A stretch of 63,342 nt of DNA, filler included, from Basidiobolus ranarum (lineage: Eukaryota): assembly GCA_040143965.1 (NCBI GenBank). It is 48 parts of 48 records of this genome, joined end to end, with 100 filler letters (N's around TTAATTAATTAA, not from the genome) between each part and the next. Parts side by side here need not be neighbours in the genome. Positions count along the whole stretch, not along the records: positions 26,513 to 27,735 come from JASJQH010012813.1; positions 27,836 to 29,057 come from JASJQH010012814.1; positions 29,158 to 30,379 come from JASJQH010012815.1; positions 30,480 to 31,701 come from JASJQH010012816.1; positions 31,802 to 33,023 come from JASJQH010012817.1; positions 33,124 to 34,344 come from JASJQH010012818.1; positions 34,445 to 35,665 come from JASJQH010012819.1; positions 35,766 to 36,986 come from JASJQH010012820.1; 40 more parts are not named here. One strand, written 5' to 3'. How positions within the stretch are numbered: the stretch's first letter is position 1; every line of letters begins with the position of its first letter. Below, one piece after another: positions 26,513-38,407 of the stretch. Both the position numbers and the translations under genes were made by a program. The notes under the pieces are model-generated. The model saw only the letters and a list, made by a program, of their open reading frames with translations, was not told the origin of the DNA and did no database searches.

Positions 26513-26935
26513 TTTTTCAGAAGAAGGAAAAGTTCCATAAATTTGAGAAGTAGACATTACAGAGAGTGCAAGCTTGGGACTCATAACCTGTTAAAGTATT
26601 TGGGAGCCTGTTGGAAGTGGTTTAGAGAATTAGAGGTATTGGTAGTTTCACTTATTGATTTATTGAATAGAAAGTTCACATTTGTAGTTTTGTCAAGATG
26701 TAGACAAACTAACATGTAGAGTGTGCTGAGGAAGGTCCCAGGAACATGGGTGCAAAGTTTAGGGCTTCTAGCACAAGTTCGAAAAGTTTATATATCTGAG
26801 AACTTCTAGGTTGGTAAACATATTCTGAGTAAATTCCAATTGAGAATAATTGATAATATCCTAGTGATTTAACAGATAACTAAGTACTATGTTATATATG
26901 ACTACATAAGTATTTAGGGAATGCTAATTTCAACA
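26513..26935 (-). mobile_element. Copia-A 5' LTR (26589-26935) with PBS and gag start, nested in LTR-C (26936-27176)
   Basis: On the minus strand TTTAACA is followed by GGTTATGAGTCCCAAG; matches 54364-54790. Confidence 0.88.
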
Positions 26936-27176
26936 GTGTTCAGAATATATGTGGGAATACAATGAGCTATCTTTGGGGCAATTTGGACAAGTTTGATGTT
27001 TCCAATATGGAATTGCTAATTCTCACATTATTTACATATATATACAATAAATGTTCCAATTTTCAGTTAGGTGATGTCTGACTAAATGATGTTAACTAAC
27101 TTATATGTGATACATGAAATAGTTAGGTGTATAAAGATAGAGGTAACAAATATGATCAAGACAATAAACTTCAACA

Positions 27177-27735
27177 ATACCTCCATTGGTACTGGAATAA
27201 CCAAGGTCAACATCTAGCAGTAAGTTCTCAAAGTTGTCTGGATTTGCTGGTTTGACCAAAGTTGTATTTCTGTCAACATTGTTCTGGTCATGTAATGGTG
27301 GTAGCTCCATGGTATATTAACTTTTGGCAGTGTCACCAAAACTTTGAGGCAAAGTACAGTCAGTGGACTCAGTGGGCAAAACTAAAGTCAATTTGGTGCA
27401 CTTATTACTGCTGATATTTGCCAGGCTTTATGCAACTGGTGGCTTTGTACAGTGACTGTGCTTGTAATCATCACTTCTTTGAAGCCTTTGACTTTTATTG
27501 AATAAGAATTTGCAACAATGATAGCCGGGCTTCTTGAAATGTTTTTGTTGTGGCATGAGAAGGATATTGTTGAAAAAAGAACACCTCCTACATAAGGGTG
27601 GTATTTTAGATATAGCCCATCAATATCATCAGCTGATTCTGAGACAGTGTCACTGATGAGTCATCAGGGGATTTACAAGATATTTCCGGTATTGAATGGC
27701 AATTTTGAGTTAATATAAGCTGTTTCTAATCATTT
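27177..27735 (-). pseudogene. CMC transposase N-terminal and upstream region
   Basis: MELPPLHDQNN...LLLDVDLGYSST; matches 42900-43430 and 58570-59050. Confidence 0.82.
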
Positions 27736-27835
27736 NNNNNNNNNNNNNNNNNNNNNNNNNNNNNNNNNNNNNNNNNNNNTTAATTAATTAANNNNNNNNN
27801 NNNNNNNNNNNNNNNNNNNNNNNNNNNNNNNNNNN

Positions 27836-28375
27836 CATCTTTACAACAATCTAGAACTCCAACTGGCTGCTAGAGGGGTGCATCCGGTATCCAAGATACA
27901 TAACACCACTGAATATAACCATAATGTATCACTGGGTAATTTTCTGGGTGTTCATGCACGAAGAGGGGATTTCATCCGTTACAATTGGCTAGGGGATCTT
28001 GCTACTGTGGAAGCATGGCAACAGGCGATGGTGAAGCTGATAGACTTGGCGAAATCCAAGAAGGGGTTGCAGGTATTTTACCTTGCTTCCGATGAATCTT
28101 CACTCGATGCTTATGATGATCTCTACAAGCATGGTATGATTCGAATCTTTGACTTAATGGATCCGGAGTTTATATCCGAGTATGCCCAATTAGCAACGTT
28201 TGGGGATTGGTTAGCACTATTAGATCAACAAATCTTAGCGCAGAGTGAATTTTTTGTTGCTACTTATTTAAGTTCCGTAAGTGGAGGTATTTTAAATATG
28301 AGAAAAGGCTTAGGAGTGAATGATGGTCCCGTCACAAGAGAATGGATGCATACGTTGTTAAAGGAAATCGATTAG
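27836..28375 (+). CDS. GDP-fucose O-fucosyltransferase-like glycosyltransferase, 3' fragment
   Basis: FLGVHARRGDF, FYLASDE and LLDQQILAQSEFFVATYLSSVS match the three fucosyltransferase-type motifs. Confidence 0.75.
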   Translation, partial: HLYNNLELQLAARGVHPVSKIHNTTEYNHNVSLGNFLGVHARRGDFIRYNWLGDLATVEAWQQAMVKLIDLAKSKKGLQVFYLASDESSLDAYDDLYKHGMIRIFDLMDPEFISEYAQLATFGDWLALLDQQILAQSEFFVATYLSSVSGGILNMRKGLGVNDGPVTREWMHTLLKEID

Positions 28376-29804
28376 GAATATGTGATTCACTGATTTGTAA
28401 AATAAACTTCCTATCTTTACGTAATCTATCATCGTTTGTGCCAACCATTGGTAACCTCCAACACCATGCCATGCTATGCCACCATTCCCCTCGCTTTCTC
28501 CTGGCTTAGAATATCAAGTTCCCTCGAATTTTCATTGGCTGAAGATTACCAGATATATCGTACAAAATCACCTGAGATAATCGCCAAATTTCAGTAACCA
28601 CGAAAAGATACCACCTGCGGCTGATATCCCCGCCGCCACCATGTTACATAGTACTGTACTCTGTACAACATCACTAGACCAAATGAATATTTACAAAACG
28701 ACTGATGATAAGAGTATCACATATTACTAGAATAGATGGTGAATATTTGGCTTGAAGTTTGGTAGTTATACCACTTTAATAAATTTCATTCAAAGGAATC
28801 CATTGCTATTTCTTGATATCCATATTAGTCTAATGAAGATAGGTCCGTTACCTGTTTCTTTACTTATAAGACTGAGACATATACCACTACTTTAGGAAGA
28901 CAGACTACTGCACGAACTTCCAAGAGACCTGGCGCACTAACCAAAGCATTGATGGAGTTTTTAAGGACGTTGCAGTTGGAGGAGACCTCGCGAGTAGCTT
29001 GTTCAATTTCTGGGGGAACGGGCTGGGATTTAGCCAAGCATACAAAGGCATCCACGTNNNNNNNNNNNNNNNNNNNNNNNNNNNNNNNNNNNNNNNNNNN
29101 NTTAATTAATTAANNNNNNNNNNNNNNNNNNNNNNNNNNNNNNNNNNNNNNNNNNNNTTCTTAGCTATGCTAAGTTAGCCATTAACTTCCCGTACCCTTG
29201 GAGGTAAGCAGCGCCTTGAATAGACAAGTTCCCCGAGTAAATGTTTTTTGCTGTCTTTCCCAAAAAAACAACTGTTGTCTTTCTTCCAGCAGGGATAGGG
29301 CATAAAAGAAAATATTGACCCCAATTTCGTGACTCAAACGGCTAATATATAGATTACAGGAGTCCATATAAAGCTATGCTCAATCCAGCTAGTGCCCCGC
29401 AGTCCCAATCATACAGTTAAATTATGGTTTTAGCTTCTAACATCTGCCATTCATATTGGCATTTTAAGAAATTTTAAGCATCAACCATCAAGTACAACAC
29501 TTCACTGTTACAGTAATGGTGCCATTGTGTTCGTCACACCAAGTGGATTATTCAGTAGAGAGAATAAGGTTATCCCCATCAGCCAATCTAAAACAAAATA
29601 AGCGAGCCACTCGGATGAAGGGATTTGGCCACGAGGGTACAAGAAAATCGAATTCCCTAATCCGATAGAGGGAAATGGGTTAGAGCCAATGATTGAAATG
29701 ATTCATACCACGCATCTACAGATGGCCAAGCTATAAAAGCTTCTGAGTGCAATGTAATTCACCAAGAGCTTATTCAGTATTAAAACTAACATACAACCAT
29801 CAGA

Positions 29805-30379
29805 ATGGAAATTCATGATTACACTTGGCTCTTTGTAGTCGGCTTATTATTCTCTATGCTCGATGCTTATGGTATCGGTGCTAATGATGTAGCCAACTCG
29901 TTCTCTACTTCCGTTGCCTCTAAATCCTTGACACTAGCTCAGGCTTGCTGTATCGCCATATTTACTGAGTTCTTCGGTGCTCTCTTACTTGGTTCTGAAA
30001 CCTCTGAGACTATCCGTGGAAAGATCATCTCTTTGGAGAATTTTGCTGGACAACCAGAACTTCTCATGGTATGTGAATATCTGATTATTAATATTGCGTC
30101 TTCTTTTTCCACTGATGTCTATAATCCTTCCTTCAATCTGTGCACTTACATGATTTATTCATAAACTTTTACAGCTTGCTATGGTCTGTGCTGTTGTTGG
30201 ATCATCTCTGTGGGTAATCTTTGCAACACGCAACGGTTGGCCTGTCTCTACTACACATTCAATTGTCGGTGCCATTATCGGTGTGGGTATATCTGCTTTC
30301 GGAGTTGACAGCGTTGATTGGAGTTACAATGGAGTCGCTAAGATCGTGACTTCCTGGTTTATCTCTCCTGTAGCTGCCG
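29805..30379 (+). CDS. PHO89: PiT-family (Pho89-like) phosphate transporter, 5' part; exons 29805-30068 and 30175-edge
   Basis: GIGANDVANSFSTSV and GWPVSTTHSIVGAIIGVG signatures; phase-0 intron GTATGT...CAG at 30069-30174; TATAAAA at 29732. Confidence 0.93.
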
Positions 30380-30479
30380 NNNNNNNNNNNNNNNNNNNNN
30401 NNNNNNNNNNNNNNNNNNNNNNNTTAATTAATTAANNNNNNNNNNNNNNNNNNNNNNNNNNNNNNNNNNNNNNNNNNNN

Positions 30480-30754
30480 TTTTTAAGGGAGTTGTTACCG
30501 CTGCGACCACGGTTGTATTGATCAAGCTTTGTCTTTAAAAATTGGTCGACTAAAAGAAAAGTATTCCTCTATTAATACTGCATTCTACACTCTCATTTGC
30601 ACGATAATATAATCTTACCTTTATTAGAATCAGCTCCCTCTTTGATCTTAACGATATAGCGGTTAGTAACATCCACAATTTGAGCCTCAGTAGTTGATAC
30701 GGCCAAAATAATAGCAACTATGGATCCCAGAGTAAAGTAACGGATATTCACCAT
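30480..30754 (-). CDS. Secreted subtilisin-like precursor 5' part (signal peptide and I9 propeptide); intron 30550-30618
   Basis: Hand translation MVNIRYFTLGSIVAIILAVSTTEAQIVDVTNRYIVKIKEGADSNK/VDQFLKTKL; GTAAGA...TTTTAG intron keeps the frame; YIVK propeptide motif. Confidence 0.75.
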
Positions 30755-31521
30755 GATGTATTAAATGATGTTTTTGCAAAATGGAACTGATAATTTGCAA
30801 ACCGAGTAACTCTGCTTTAATTTATATGCTGCAAACCGTATCACTCGGAAAATGCCTCCATAATCTAATAGAAACGTTTCTTTGCCAACCTTCACACGAA
30901 TTCTTGTTTAATGTTCTATATACAAATGGAACATTTCAGTTCCAATAGATTATGCCAATTTTAGTGCATATTGAGACTGGAAGCAAGGTCGATCAATTGC
31001 CATTTACGCACTCTACTAGAATGATGTGAAACAATGAGAATATTTTGTGCTGGAGATTAACAGTGTATAGAACTGGTGTAACTGTTAAACTGCCTCATAA
31101 AACCTGCTATTAGTTACAGGGCACTGATTTACTCAAAGAGTTTGTATCAGACTAGTGACTATGGATACTGAAAGGTACTACGCAGGAGTTAAAATCGTAA
31201 CATACCGATTTCTGGGTCACAAGGTAATTATAGATTAACTTCAAATAAAATCATTTAGTGATTCAAATCCACCAATCTTAAAATGAAATTTCTTAATCAT
31301 GGTAAATTCTTGGTTATGAATGATTATACGTTTAATTATACTAATAGTCTATTTGCAACATAACATCTCATTCGAGTGAGATGGAAATCCGCGGTAGAGT
31401 GATATTTCTTCATGAGATTCATTGTAGGAGTGCAATACAGCTCAGATATAGAAAACTACTACTTTAATTTATAATATGGCTTCTTTTATTAAACACAGTT
31501 ATAAGTGCAGTATAGCACAGC

Positions 31522-31701
31522 TTATTGGTTAGAGTTGAAGACCAAAAGATTGGGAGTGGTACCCTTCAATCCGGTAATCACATTCTTGGTGGCCTTGGAT
31601 ACAAGTGCTGCGTATACTTGGGCAGGGGTGCTCAAACCACCTTGGGATAGGTACAATGCGGCAACACCAGCAACATGAGGACTAGCCATACTGGTACCGG
31701 A
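31522..31701 (-). CDS. Subtilisin/proteinase K-like S8A serine protease, 3' fragment
   Basis: SGTSMASPHVAGVAALYL (catalytic Ser motif)...TPNLLVFN*. Confidence 0.95.
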   Translation of the reverse strand, partial: SGTSMASPHVAGVAALYLSQGGLSTPAQVYAALVSKATKNVITGLKGTTPNLLVFNSNQ

Positions 31702-31982
31702 NNNNNNNNNNNNNNNNNNNNNNNNNNNNNNNNNNNNNNNNNNNNTTAATTAATTAANNNNNNNNNNNNNNNNNNNNNNNNNNNNNNNNNNNNNNNNNNN
31801 NACATCATTCTGGTCATATAACTGTAGTAACTCCATAGTATCTTTACTTTTGGCAGTGTTACCAAAAACTTTGAGGCAAAGTACACCCGGTGGACTCAGT
31901 GGGCCAAACTAAACTTGATTTTACACACTCATTACTGTTTATACTCACCAGGCTTTGTGCAGCTGGTGGCTTTGTACAGTGA

Positions 31983-33023
31983 CCCTAACAAAAATAAAAT
32001 CAATTTGATCCAGATCAGATCCACCCTCCAAAATAGCAAAACCATCAGAGAACCATCATAATATTGATGGCTTGCATTCTGCCAGGGATTTTGATGGTAT
32101 GATGGTGGCTTCTTGATGATATTTTGATGGTATTCATACATGTTAAAATATTGATCCTCAAATTTGGCAGGTGTTATTGAATATCTGGCAATTTTTGCAA
32201 AAATATAATTTTTGAATGGCAAATTTCTGGGTTTACTGCAGTAGCAATTTGAATTAATATTGCGGGAGGATCTTGACACATTGGGGATAGACTTTGAGTA
32301 TTAGAAGCAACTTATGATAGTGTGTTTTTACTTACTTGATTCTTAAGAGTATATTGTTACTTATATAGTAGAAAAGTAAATCAATTGTTTGAGATATTCA
32401 GGAGTTTGTGTAATAAGATATAATATATAAGTGGGGATAATAGGAAATACATGTTATTTAGATATAGAGATATTTCTATTTAGAAAATAGGGGCTATGGA
32501 TATGTTGCTTTCTGTTTCTGATATATGTATCATAACCAAAGTTAACTATGATGTTCAATAAAGATTAATTGTCCAACCAATATGCATGCCTTTATTAAGA
32601 TATTATAGGCTTTGTATTCCAGCCAAAAGGAAAATCAAAAAATACAAGAATCTTGTTGTGTTTTGTCTCTACATATGCACATACTTGACTGATTAGATAT
32701 AACTCAACAACATCAATATGTTATACCAGCAAACTAATGGTGGAAAAATTGCTATATATCTGAAATTTTGAGTAGCACTGACACTTTGCAAATAGATAAC
32801 TCTTGTTACCATTCACAATGAGAATAAGCTCTTGGATTTTGCAAGTCTCCTTAAAGAATTCAGGCTATATATCCCCAATTTGGAGTCAACAATTGTCCTG
32901 CCACAAGTAGAGGTGTCATTGCTTGAATAGATTACCCCATGGCTAAAACAATAATACTGTGTATCTCCATCTATCTCACCAAGAAGTCTGTCTTGCAGCT
33001 TTCCTAAAAATACCATCAGATTA
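31983..33023 (-). mobile_element. CMC transposase-side end inserted in another copy's N-terminal region (31802-31982)
   Basis: CCCTAACAAAAAT at 31983 interrupts GGCTTTGTACAGTGA|CTGTG, which is intact at about 27440. Confidence 0.88.
32261..32578 (+). mobile_element. Solo LTR-B (318 bp) with 5-bp TSD AATAT
   Basis: AATAT at 32256-32260 and 32579-32583; the empty site is visible in other CMC copies (about 16860 and 57960). Confidence 0.85.
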
Positions 33024-33123
33024 NNNNNNNNNNNNNNNNNNNNNNNNNNNNNNNNNNNNNNNNNNNNTTAATTAATTAANNNNNNNNNNNNNNNNNNNNN
33101 NNNNNNNNNNNNNNNNNNNNNNN

Positions 33124-34054
33124 TCTTGATAAATTCTCAATACATCCATACTCAAAGATATCCATTGAGAGCTCTAGACTTAAGACACTATGAATGAAGC
33201 TTTCATTATTTTTTGAATGTGCAATAATGTCTAAAAGTACTTTTCTTAAACATACCACATAAGTAAAATAAACTGTTTCCAAAATGGGAAATAGCACCAT
33301 GCTGGATAGTGCCCAATCATGCCAATTTGTGCTGGCACACTTTTTAGCTGGCCTGATCTGGCTCAATAAAATGGAACAAGTCTTATGAATTCAAATACAC
33401 TTGCATGCCATTATTAATGTATTTTGGGCCAAGTATGCCAGCCTCACTGTGAATCAAAATCAGATTACATCATAGTGCAATTGGTCACTCCACAAGCACA
33501 TGCTTTGCTTGTTGAATGTATAAATACAATGGACTTAGTCAGCTCATATACTATCTGGTGCAAGCTGTTGGTTGTCATGACCCGGTCCTATATATTACAG
33601 TTGGATACTATAAGAAACAATATGAGGCCATTCCACCATCATTGGACACAATAATCTTTTTGGAAATATAGTTCCAGCTTGTACCAAGTTACCCAATTTA
33701 GCATTTCCAAATTAAAATTTTAGGCAACTGACAATGCCAGTTCATTCTCTAGTTTGAAACTGACCAATTATTGAATGTTAAACAATAAATAATTTCTACT
33801 GTAACTTACCCAATCAATTATATAACCAAGACATTTGCAAGTTCAAGGGCATTCATATTGATGAATGTAGGCAACTAGCAACTCATTATTGAGTAATTAA
33901 TTTGTTCATATTGTTATTATTTAGCACTCAAATCTGCCTTTAACAAATGTGTGTTTATTGCTCTAATTGATTGAAATATCAGTTAGATCACTTTTATCAA
34001 TTCTCACTATTTTCTCAAAACTTCCTCAAATCAACTCCTATTTTCACCCAGGCT
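33124..34054. mobile_element. PIF/Harbinger-like element end (...TTTTCACCCAGGCT|TAA)
   Basis: Shares sequence with 921-1107 and with 47176-47353; both visible termini abut TAA/TTA. Confidence 0.6.
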
Positions 34055-34057
34055 TAA

Positions 34058-34344
34058 AAATCATGTTTTTTATAAACTAAACATGTCCAATAGTTCTAAT
34101 TTGTGGTAAACTTTAAATAGGACATATGCAAGTCAATAAAAACTAAGTATGTAATTCATAAATCCAAAACTTGTCTGACACTCTTCCAAACCCCTTAAAT
34201 ACTTTTATCAGGTTATGGGCCACGTGCCAGCTGTTAAAAGAGTGTATACCAGAACTAGTACCAACGTTTTTGCATCCACAGAGAGGTTTGATGGTGAAGA
34301 CTTTCATCTTTGGAAGTTCAAGAAGCAAATGGTGCTAGAAGACA
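34058..34344 (+). mobile_element. Copia LTR 3' part, PBS (from 34211) and gag start
   Basis: TTTATCA followed by GGTTATGGGCCAC; ERFDGEDFHLWKFKKQMVLED. Confidence 0.82.
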
Positions 34345-34444
34345 NNNNNNNNNNNNNNNNNNNNNNNNNNNNNNNNNNNNNNNNNNNNTTAATTAATTAA
34401 NNNNNNNNNNNNNNNNNNNNNNNNNNNNNNNNNNNNNNNNNNNN

Positions 34445-35665
34445 ATGCAGCAATAATTGCTAATAGCTCCTTGTCATAGATGTCATAGTTGATTTCCGCA
34501 GTAGAGAACTTTCTTGGGTAAAAGGCAACAGGTGTAGTAAGTTGTCATCATCAAACTGTGATAGTACTGTTCCTAGAGCAAAGTTGGATGCATCAGTTTC
34601 ACAAATAGATGGCTTGTCTAGCTTTGGATGTGTCAGGATTGGTGCTGAGGTAAAAGTACTCTTTAAAGTTAGAAATGCTTGTTGGCAAGATGGGTTCCAG
34701 TCAAATGTGAGTTCTTTCTTTGTAAGGTTTGTCAAGGGAGCAGATATTTAGGATCAGTTCTTGACAAACTGTTGGTAAAAGTTTGCAAATCCAAGGAAAG
34801 ATTGGATATTCTTCACATCTGTGGGAATATCCCAAGACAGAACAGATTCAACCTTCTGAGGGTCCATGGAGATGCCAAATGTGCTGATGTTATATCCAAG
34901 GTATTCAACTTGAGCTTGATCAAATTCACATTTCTCAAGTTTAGCATAGGGCCCAGAGGTTTTCAACTTTTCTAGGACTTGGGAAACATGAATATTATGT
35001 TCTTCTTGCCAGCTTGAGAAGATCAAGATATTGTCAAGGTAGATTACCACAATTTGGTCAAGATACTCTCTGAAGATATCATTGATTAGGTGTTGAAAGA
35101 CTGCAGGGGCATTGAAAAGTCCAAATGGCAGGACATTGTATTCAAAGTGTCCATAGCAAGTTTAAAAGGCACTTTTCCATTGGGCTTCTGGTTTGATTCT
35201 TATAAGATTGTAAGCACCTCTTAGATCAATCTTTGTAAGCATCTTGGCTGAAGCAAGCTGATCCTTGAGTGAGTTGATTAATTGCAAGGGGTACCAATTT
35301 TTGACTCTAATGTAATTAGGCCTCGATAACCAACACAGAGATGGCAGGAGACATCCTTTCTCTTACTAAAGAATAATAGGAGAGCCTGCTTGGGACTTTG
35401 AATGTTGGATAAATCTTTTCTCCAGATTTTTTGCAATGTACTCTTTCAAAATGTTGAGCTCTGGCTGGGTAAGCCCATATACAGGCCCAAATGGTGGTTG
35501 TTTTCCTTCATTTAGATTTATAGGGCAATTGTATTGGCAGTGAGCTGGGAGTATATCATATTACTTCTTGTGAATGACATCAGCAAAGGCTTGGTATTTG
35601 GGTGGGAGGTTATGAACCATAGGTTTTGTTAGCTTCAGCACCTCAGCAATACTGTAAACTGATAT
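34445..35665 (-). mobile_element. Ty3/Gypsy (Tf/sushi-like) RT-RNase H, degenerate
   Basis: KIDLRGAYNL, VIYLDNILIFS, FLGFANFY, ETDASNFALG. Confidence 0.95.
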
Positions 35666-35765
35666 NNNNNNNNNNNNNNNNNNNNNNNNNNNNNNNNNNN
35701 NNNNNNNNNTTAATTAATTAANNNNNNNNNNNNNNNNNNNNNNNNNNNNNNNNNNNNNNNNNNNN

Positions 35766-36986
35766 AATCTGATGGTATTTTTAGGAAAGCTGCAAGACAA
35801 CCTTCTTGGTGAGATAGATGGAGATACACAGTTTTATTGTCTTAGCCATGGGGTAATCTATTTAAGCAATGACACATTTATTTGTGGCAGTACATTTGTT
35901 GACTGCAAGTTGGAATATATTGGCTGCATTCTTTATGGAAATTTGCCAAAATTGAAGAGCTTATTCTCATTGTAAATGGTAACAAGAGTCAGCTATTTGC
36001 CAAGTGTCAGTGCTATTCAATATTTCAGAAGTTTAGCAATTTTTCCACCGTTAGTTTGCTGGTAAACCATATTGATGTTGTTGAGTTATGTCTAATCAGT
36101 CAAATATGTATATATGTAGAGACTAAACACAAGAAGATTCTTGTATTTTTTGATTCTCATTATTGCTGGAATGCAAGGCCCAAAGTATCTGAATGAAGGC
36201 ATGTATATTACTTTGAATTCCTACAGCAGTAAACCCAGTAATTTGCCATTTGAAAATTATATTTTTGCAAAAATTGCTGGATATTGAATAATGCATGCCA
36301 AATTTGAGGATTAATATTTTAACATGTATGAATACCTTAAGATACCATCAAGAAACCACCATCACACCATCAAAATCATGGCAGAATGCAAGCCAGCAAT
36401 AATGTGACGGTTCTCTGATGGTTTTGCTATTTTGGAGGGTGGATCCAATTTGGATCAAATCAATTTTATTTTTGTTAGGGTAATATGCTTTATCAGGACA
36501 CTAATAGTGGAAAAATTGCTGAACATCAGTAATTTTGAATAGCACTGACACTTGGCAAATAGCTGACTCTTGTTACTGCTCACAATGAGAATAAGCTCTT
36601 CAATTTTGGCAAATTTCCGTCAACAATTCAGCCAATATATTCCAACTTACAGTCAACAAATGTCCTACCTTGCTGTTATTGTGCTCAAACAATGCAAAAA
36701 CCCATGAGCACAATGAAAAGAGCCCTTTGTTGGCAGGTTAATATACTCTGGAGTATCCTTAACCCATCACATTACATCCATCACTGATTTTGCTGATACA
36801 TTGTTAATCAGATTAGCATATGGTAAGACTGATGATTTCACACAGAGCATCATTTCACCGCAGGTGTACTCCATGGGGAACTCCCAGAATGTATAGCAAG
36901 GGCCTATAATCTCTAAGCATTGTAAAAGATGCCCCAGGGAATGTATTGAATACCAGCATAGATTCAGTCCATCTTCTTTAAACCTG
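35766..36986. mobile_element. CMC end (terminus TTTGTTAGGG at 36480) nested in an oppositely oriented copy (36481-36986)
   Basis: Both sides match the transposase C-terminal region. Confidence 0.88.
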
Positions 36987-37086
36987 NNNNNNNNNNNNNN
37001 NNNNNNNNNNNNNNNNNNNNNNNNNNNNNNTTAATTAATTAANNNNNNNNNNNNNNNNNNNNNNNNNNNNNNNNNNNNNNNNNNNN

Positions 37087-37297
37087 GGAGACAAGCTGGA
37101 AGGCCACTGTCGTTGTACTGGCTCATATCGCAGTTTCTGATCACTGATTCTGGTGCATTGGGAGCAGCACTGTTGAAACCAGCAGCGAATGCAGCTAGAG
37201 CAGCGGTAGCACCACAAAGCCAGATGTAAGGAGTGAACTTAACATTCTTGGAGTCACAAGTATTGATGTCGGAGTTATGAGTCTTTTTGTCTGTCAT
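37087..37297 (-). CDS. MFS sugar porter (GLUT-like), 5' fragment
   Basis: TM1 IWLCGATAALAAFAAGFNSAAPNAP followed by a Cys-containing loop. Confidence 0.75.
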
Positions 37298-38200
37298 ATG
37301 GGATTTGTAAGATTATTAGATTTGTTTGAATATGGTACTGCTAGAGTGCTTACGGGTCTATTTATAATAGTTAGCATTGATTCTTTATAGAATGCGTGGG
37401 TACCTAAGCTGTTTTCTTCATTTATCCTGGAAACAAGCCTTTACTTGAGATTAAAACCACAACAACAAATGCAGTAATATTTTTTTTGGAAACACGAAAA
37501 AAATATTCAATTCATGCCATATTGATGAAATTAAATGGCGAATGTCAATATTAATCCTATAAACACCCCTAATTTGAATAATTATGGAAATTATGAAAAC
37601 TAATTTCAAAAATCACGGATGGCGAGATAATTAGAATTTTGGTTAGGCAAAATTACTTTTATTGGTTAAATACATTATAGACATTTTATGACAATGTATA
37701 AGATGAAATATTTCGATATACCGTGCTAAAAAAGGTAAATTACACAGCTCTGAGACTGGGTGATCAGAACGAGCTACCGGTTCCAGTAGCATATGATAAT
37801 GGGCATATTGCGACACTGAACTGGTTTTGCTCGTGGCTATGGAGTAACGGCAGTATAGTTACAATCAGTGCAAACATTCACAACAGACCAATTGAAAAAG
37901 TGATGAATGAGTTGAGAATGTTAACAATATTCAATGCAGAGCATAGCTATCGTATAACAACTGTCATCTTAGCTCTTAGTTCAGTAGATTAAATAAAGGT
38001 TGTAAGAGACAGGTGAAATAGCCATAGCACATACTTCTGTTAACATACGCTACCACTAATGGCAACTGAGATTTTGTAATAGTATTTAGCTTAAATGAAT
38101 AAATATTTTATTATCTTAATTTACATGTATTAAAATTACTCAACGTTGGTGCTTAACGCCTAAGATACTTGAATATGGGACTACTAACTAAACATCACAT

Positions 38201-38305
38201 TTACTGCTTGACCATTTCATTAGGATTACGACCTTTGGTCTCTGGGACAAGGAAGAAAGTGAATGCGACACCAACAGCACAGATGATAGCGAATGGAAGG
38301 AAGGA
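38201..38305 (-). CDS. MFS sugar porter, 3' fragment
   Basis: Hand translation SFLPFAIICAVGVAFTFFLVPETKGRNPNEMVKQ* (PETKG motif). Confidence 0.9.
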   Translation of the reverse strand, partial: SFLPFAIICAVGVAFTFFLVPETKGRNPNEMVKQ

Positions 38306-38407
38306 GTNNNNNNNNNNNNNNNNNNNNNNNNNNNNNNNNNNNNNNNNNNNNTTAATTAATTAANNNNNNNNNNNNNNNNNNNNNNNNNNNNNNNNNNNNN
38401 NNNNNNN

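Noticed and set aside
28864-29057. Possible 3' end of a gene convergent with the fucosyltransferase-like gene
   Set aside because: Plausible coding composition, but the frame and product cannot be determined.
27836-31701. Apparent cluster of fucosyltransferase, phosphate transporter and subtilisins
   Set aside because: They lie on three separate size-sorted contigs, so the adjacency is artificial.
31983-32065. Classical Neurospora-type RIP (CpA to TpA)
   Set aside because: The differences I could align between copies are concentrated at CpG, not CpA.
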